Source of the DNA: Chiloscyllium plagiosum
Lineage: Eukaryota
DNA: 20,000 bases
Direction of reading: 5' to 3'
Assembly: GCF_004010195.1 (NCBI RefSeq)
Contig: NC_057718.1
Span: 104,809,349-104,829,348 of the forward strand
A program made the translations under genes and the position numbers. Position 1 is the first letter of the stretch; each line of letters begins with the position of its first letter. The notes beneath the pieces are model-generated. The model did not search any database. It was given only the letters and a program-made list of their open reading frames with translations, and was not told the origin of the DNA. Below, one piece after another: positions 18,730-20,000 of this stretch.

Positions 18730-18872
18730 GGTTTGTGATGGAGGGTGACATTATCAGTGTGGGTTTAACCCCCTACACCAGCTGAGGTTACCATGAAACC
18801 TCTCCCTTTGCCTGAGGTGTGGTGACCCTCAGATTAAACCAACACCAGTTGGTCTCTCTCCTCCAGGACTAC
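18730..18872 (+). mobile_element. tRNA-derived SINE related to 12005-12126
   Basis: gtgggtttaacccc B-box-like element and a shared body. Confidence 0.55.
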
Positions 18873-19815
18873 ACCCTCACCACCCACTGAACCCGACACT
18901 GTGTCCCACTCCCACCCTCTCCTTCCACCAGCTGACTTGTGAGAAAGGGAACATGGTTTCTCTAACTTCGACTTTCTCACCATGCGGGACCTGTCTAATT
19001 GAAAGCATAGCGCTCATTCCGTAAAACCGGAGCAGGAAGCCTTGTGGGATTGCCTCTCCCTGGAAAATCTGGCCCAGTGTCTCTGGTGGGAAGGAGCAAG
19101 CTGCTGTCACCTCTCCCCTGAGTGACTGAGTGGCCGTGTTGAAGAATTCTATCTCTTCATCAAATCAACACTTTATTCATCGGAACTTAACATTCTGATC
19201 TTTGGAATGAAAGCAATTTTGTTATTTCTATTGGATCCTGCCTCTGTTGGAATGGGGCCTTGGTGCATAAATGTTTATAAAAACAGCATGTCTCTTAGTG
19301 TCTGACTTGGGGTACAAACCAGTGTTGTTCTCCAGCCTCCTGTGGTAAAGGTGGAGAGTGTTTATCAACAGATAGATGATCCAGCCATCCCTCCTTTCAC
19401 CAAACAGGATGTAGTGGGGTTTGTGGGGGTGGCGTCTCGCTGGCTGTGGGTAAGTATTCTCCAGAAATATCAGCCATAAACCAGCACATCAATTAGTAAT
19501 GCCAAACACTGCAACGGAGGGTTTTCTCAGTGTAAAGGCTGGACTTTGCCTCCCCAAGGTCTGTGCGGTGGTCGCTCTTACCGATACTATCAAGGGCAGA
19601 ATCATCTGCAGCCAGCAGATTGAGAAGAATGGTGTTAAAACTATTTTTCCCTCTCATTGGGTTCCCAATGTTACGTGGCCAAACAGATTCCAAAGATAGG
19701 GATTATATGTTGACACGACTTCAACTGTGAAGTGTCTACAGATTTCTTGAGCTAAAGGGTACAATATGCCCTTTCCTTTCCAGCAGGGGGTTAATCAAAC
19801 AACACTGTACAGCGG

Positions 19816-19870
19816 ACACACACACACACACACACACACCCCCCACCACACCACACACATACCACCCACA
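19816..19870 (+). repeat. (AC)12 microsatellite with degenerate CA-rich extension
   Basis: Direct read; the perfect part is 19816-19839. Confidence 0.9.
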
Positions 19871-19872
19871 CA

Positions 19873-20000
19873 TCCAAAGCAGCTCTAGCAAATCTCCCTG
19901 CCAGTATATTAGACCCCTCCCAATTTAGGTGCAATCTGTCCTTCTTGTACAGGTCACTTGTACCCCAAAAGAGATTCCAATGACCCAAAAATGTGAATCC
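19873..20000 (-). mobile_element. CR1 LINE ORF1 C-terminus (SGNH esterase-like domain)
   Basis: GFTFLGHWNLFWGTSDLYKKDRLHLNWEGSNILAGRFA, with the DGLHL-like block of CR1 ORF1 esterases. It runs off the window. Confidence 0.8.

Overview
Vertebrate genomic DNA, almost certainly a shark: the repeats look like elasmobranch HE1/V-SINE, Deu-SINE, CR1 and Penelope-like families. The window contains the SERTAD2 (TRIP-Br2) locus on the + strand. The single coding exon starts at 13208 after a splice acceptor, the CDS is 13212-14108 (298 aa), and a ~3.7 kb TE-free 3' UTR ends near AATAAA at 17830. A candidate promoter and non-coding first exon lie at ~1920-2229, implying an ~11 kb intron. That intron is densely filled with nested, degenerate retroelements (CR1, an L2/CR1-group LINE, Rex1/Babar, several SINE families) and at least six Penelope-like element (PLE) fragments. 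Three PLE fragments carry minimal hammerhead-ribozyme motifs in the sense of the pre-mRNA, and all three appear mutated at the core. There is a 727-N assembly gap at 7129-7855. No clearly new system can be proven from sequence alone. The best leads are the intronic hammerheads, a TSD-flanked hairpin PLE derivative, and a weak-Kozak start followed by a +1 overlapping ORF in SERTAD2. Repeat family assignments rest on recalled consensus sequences, not database searches.
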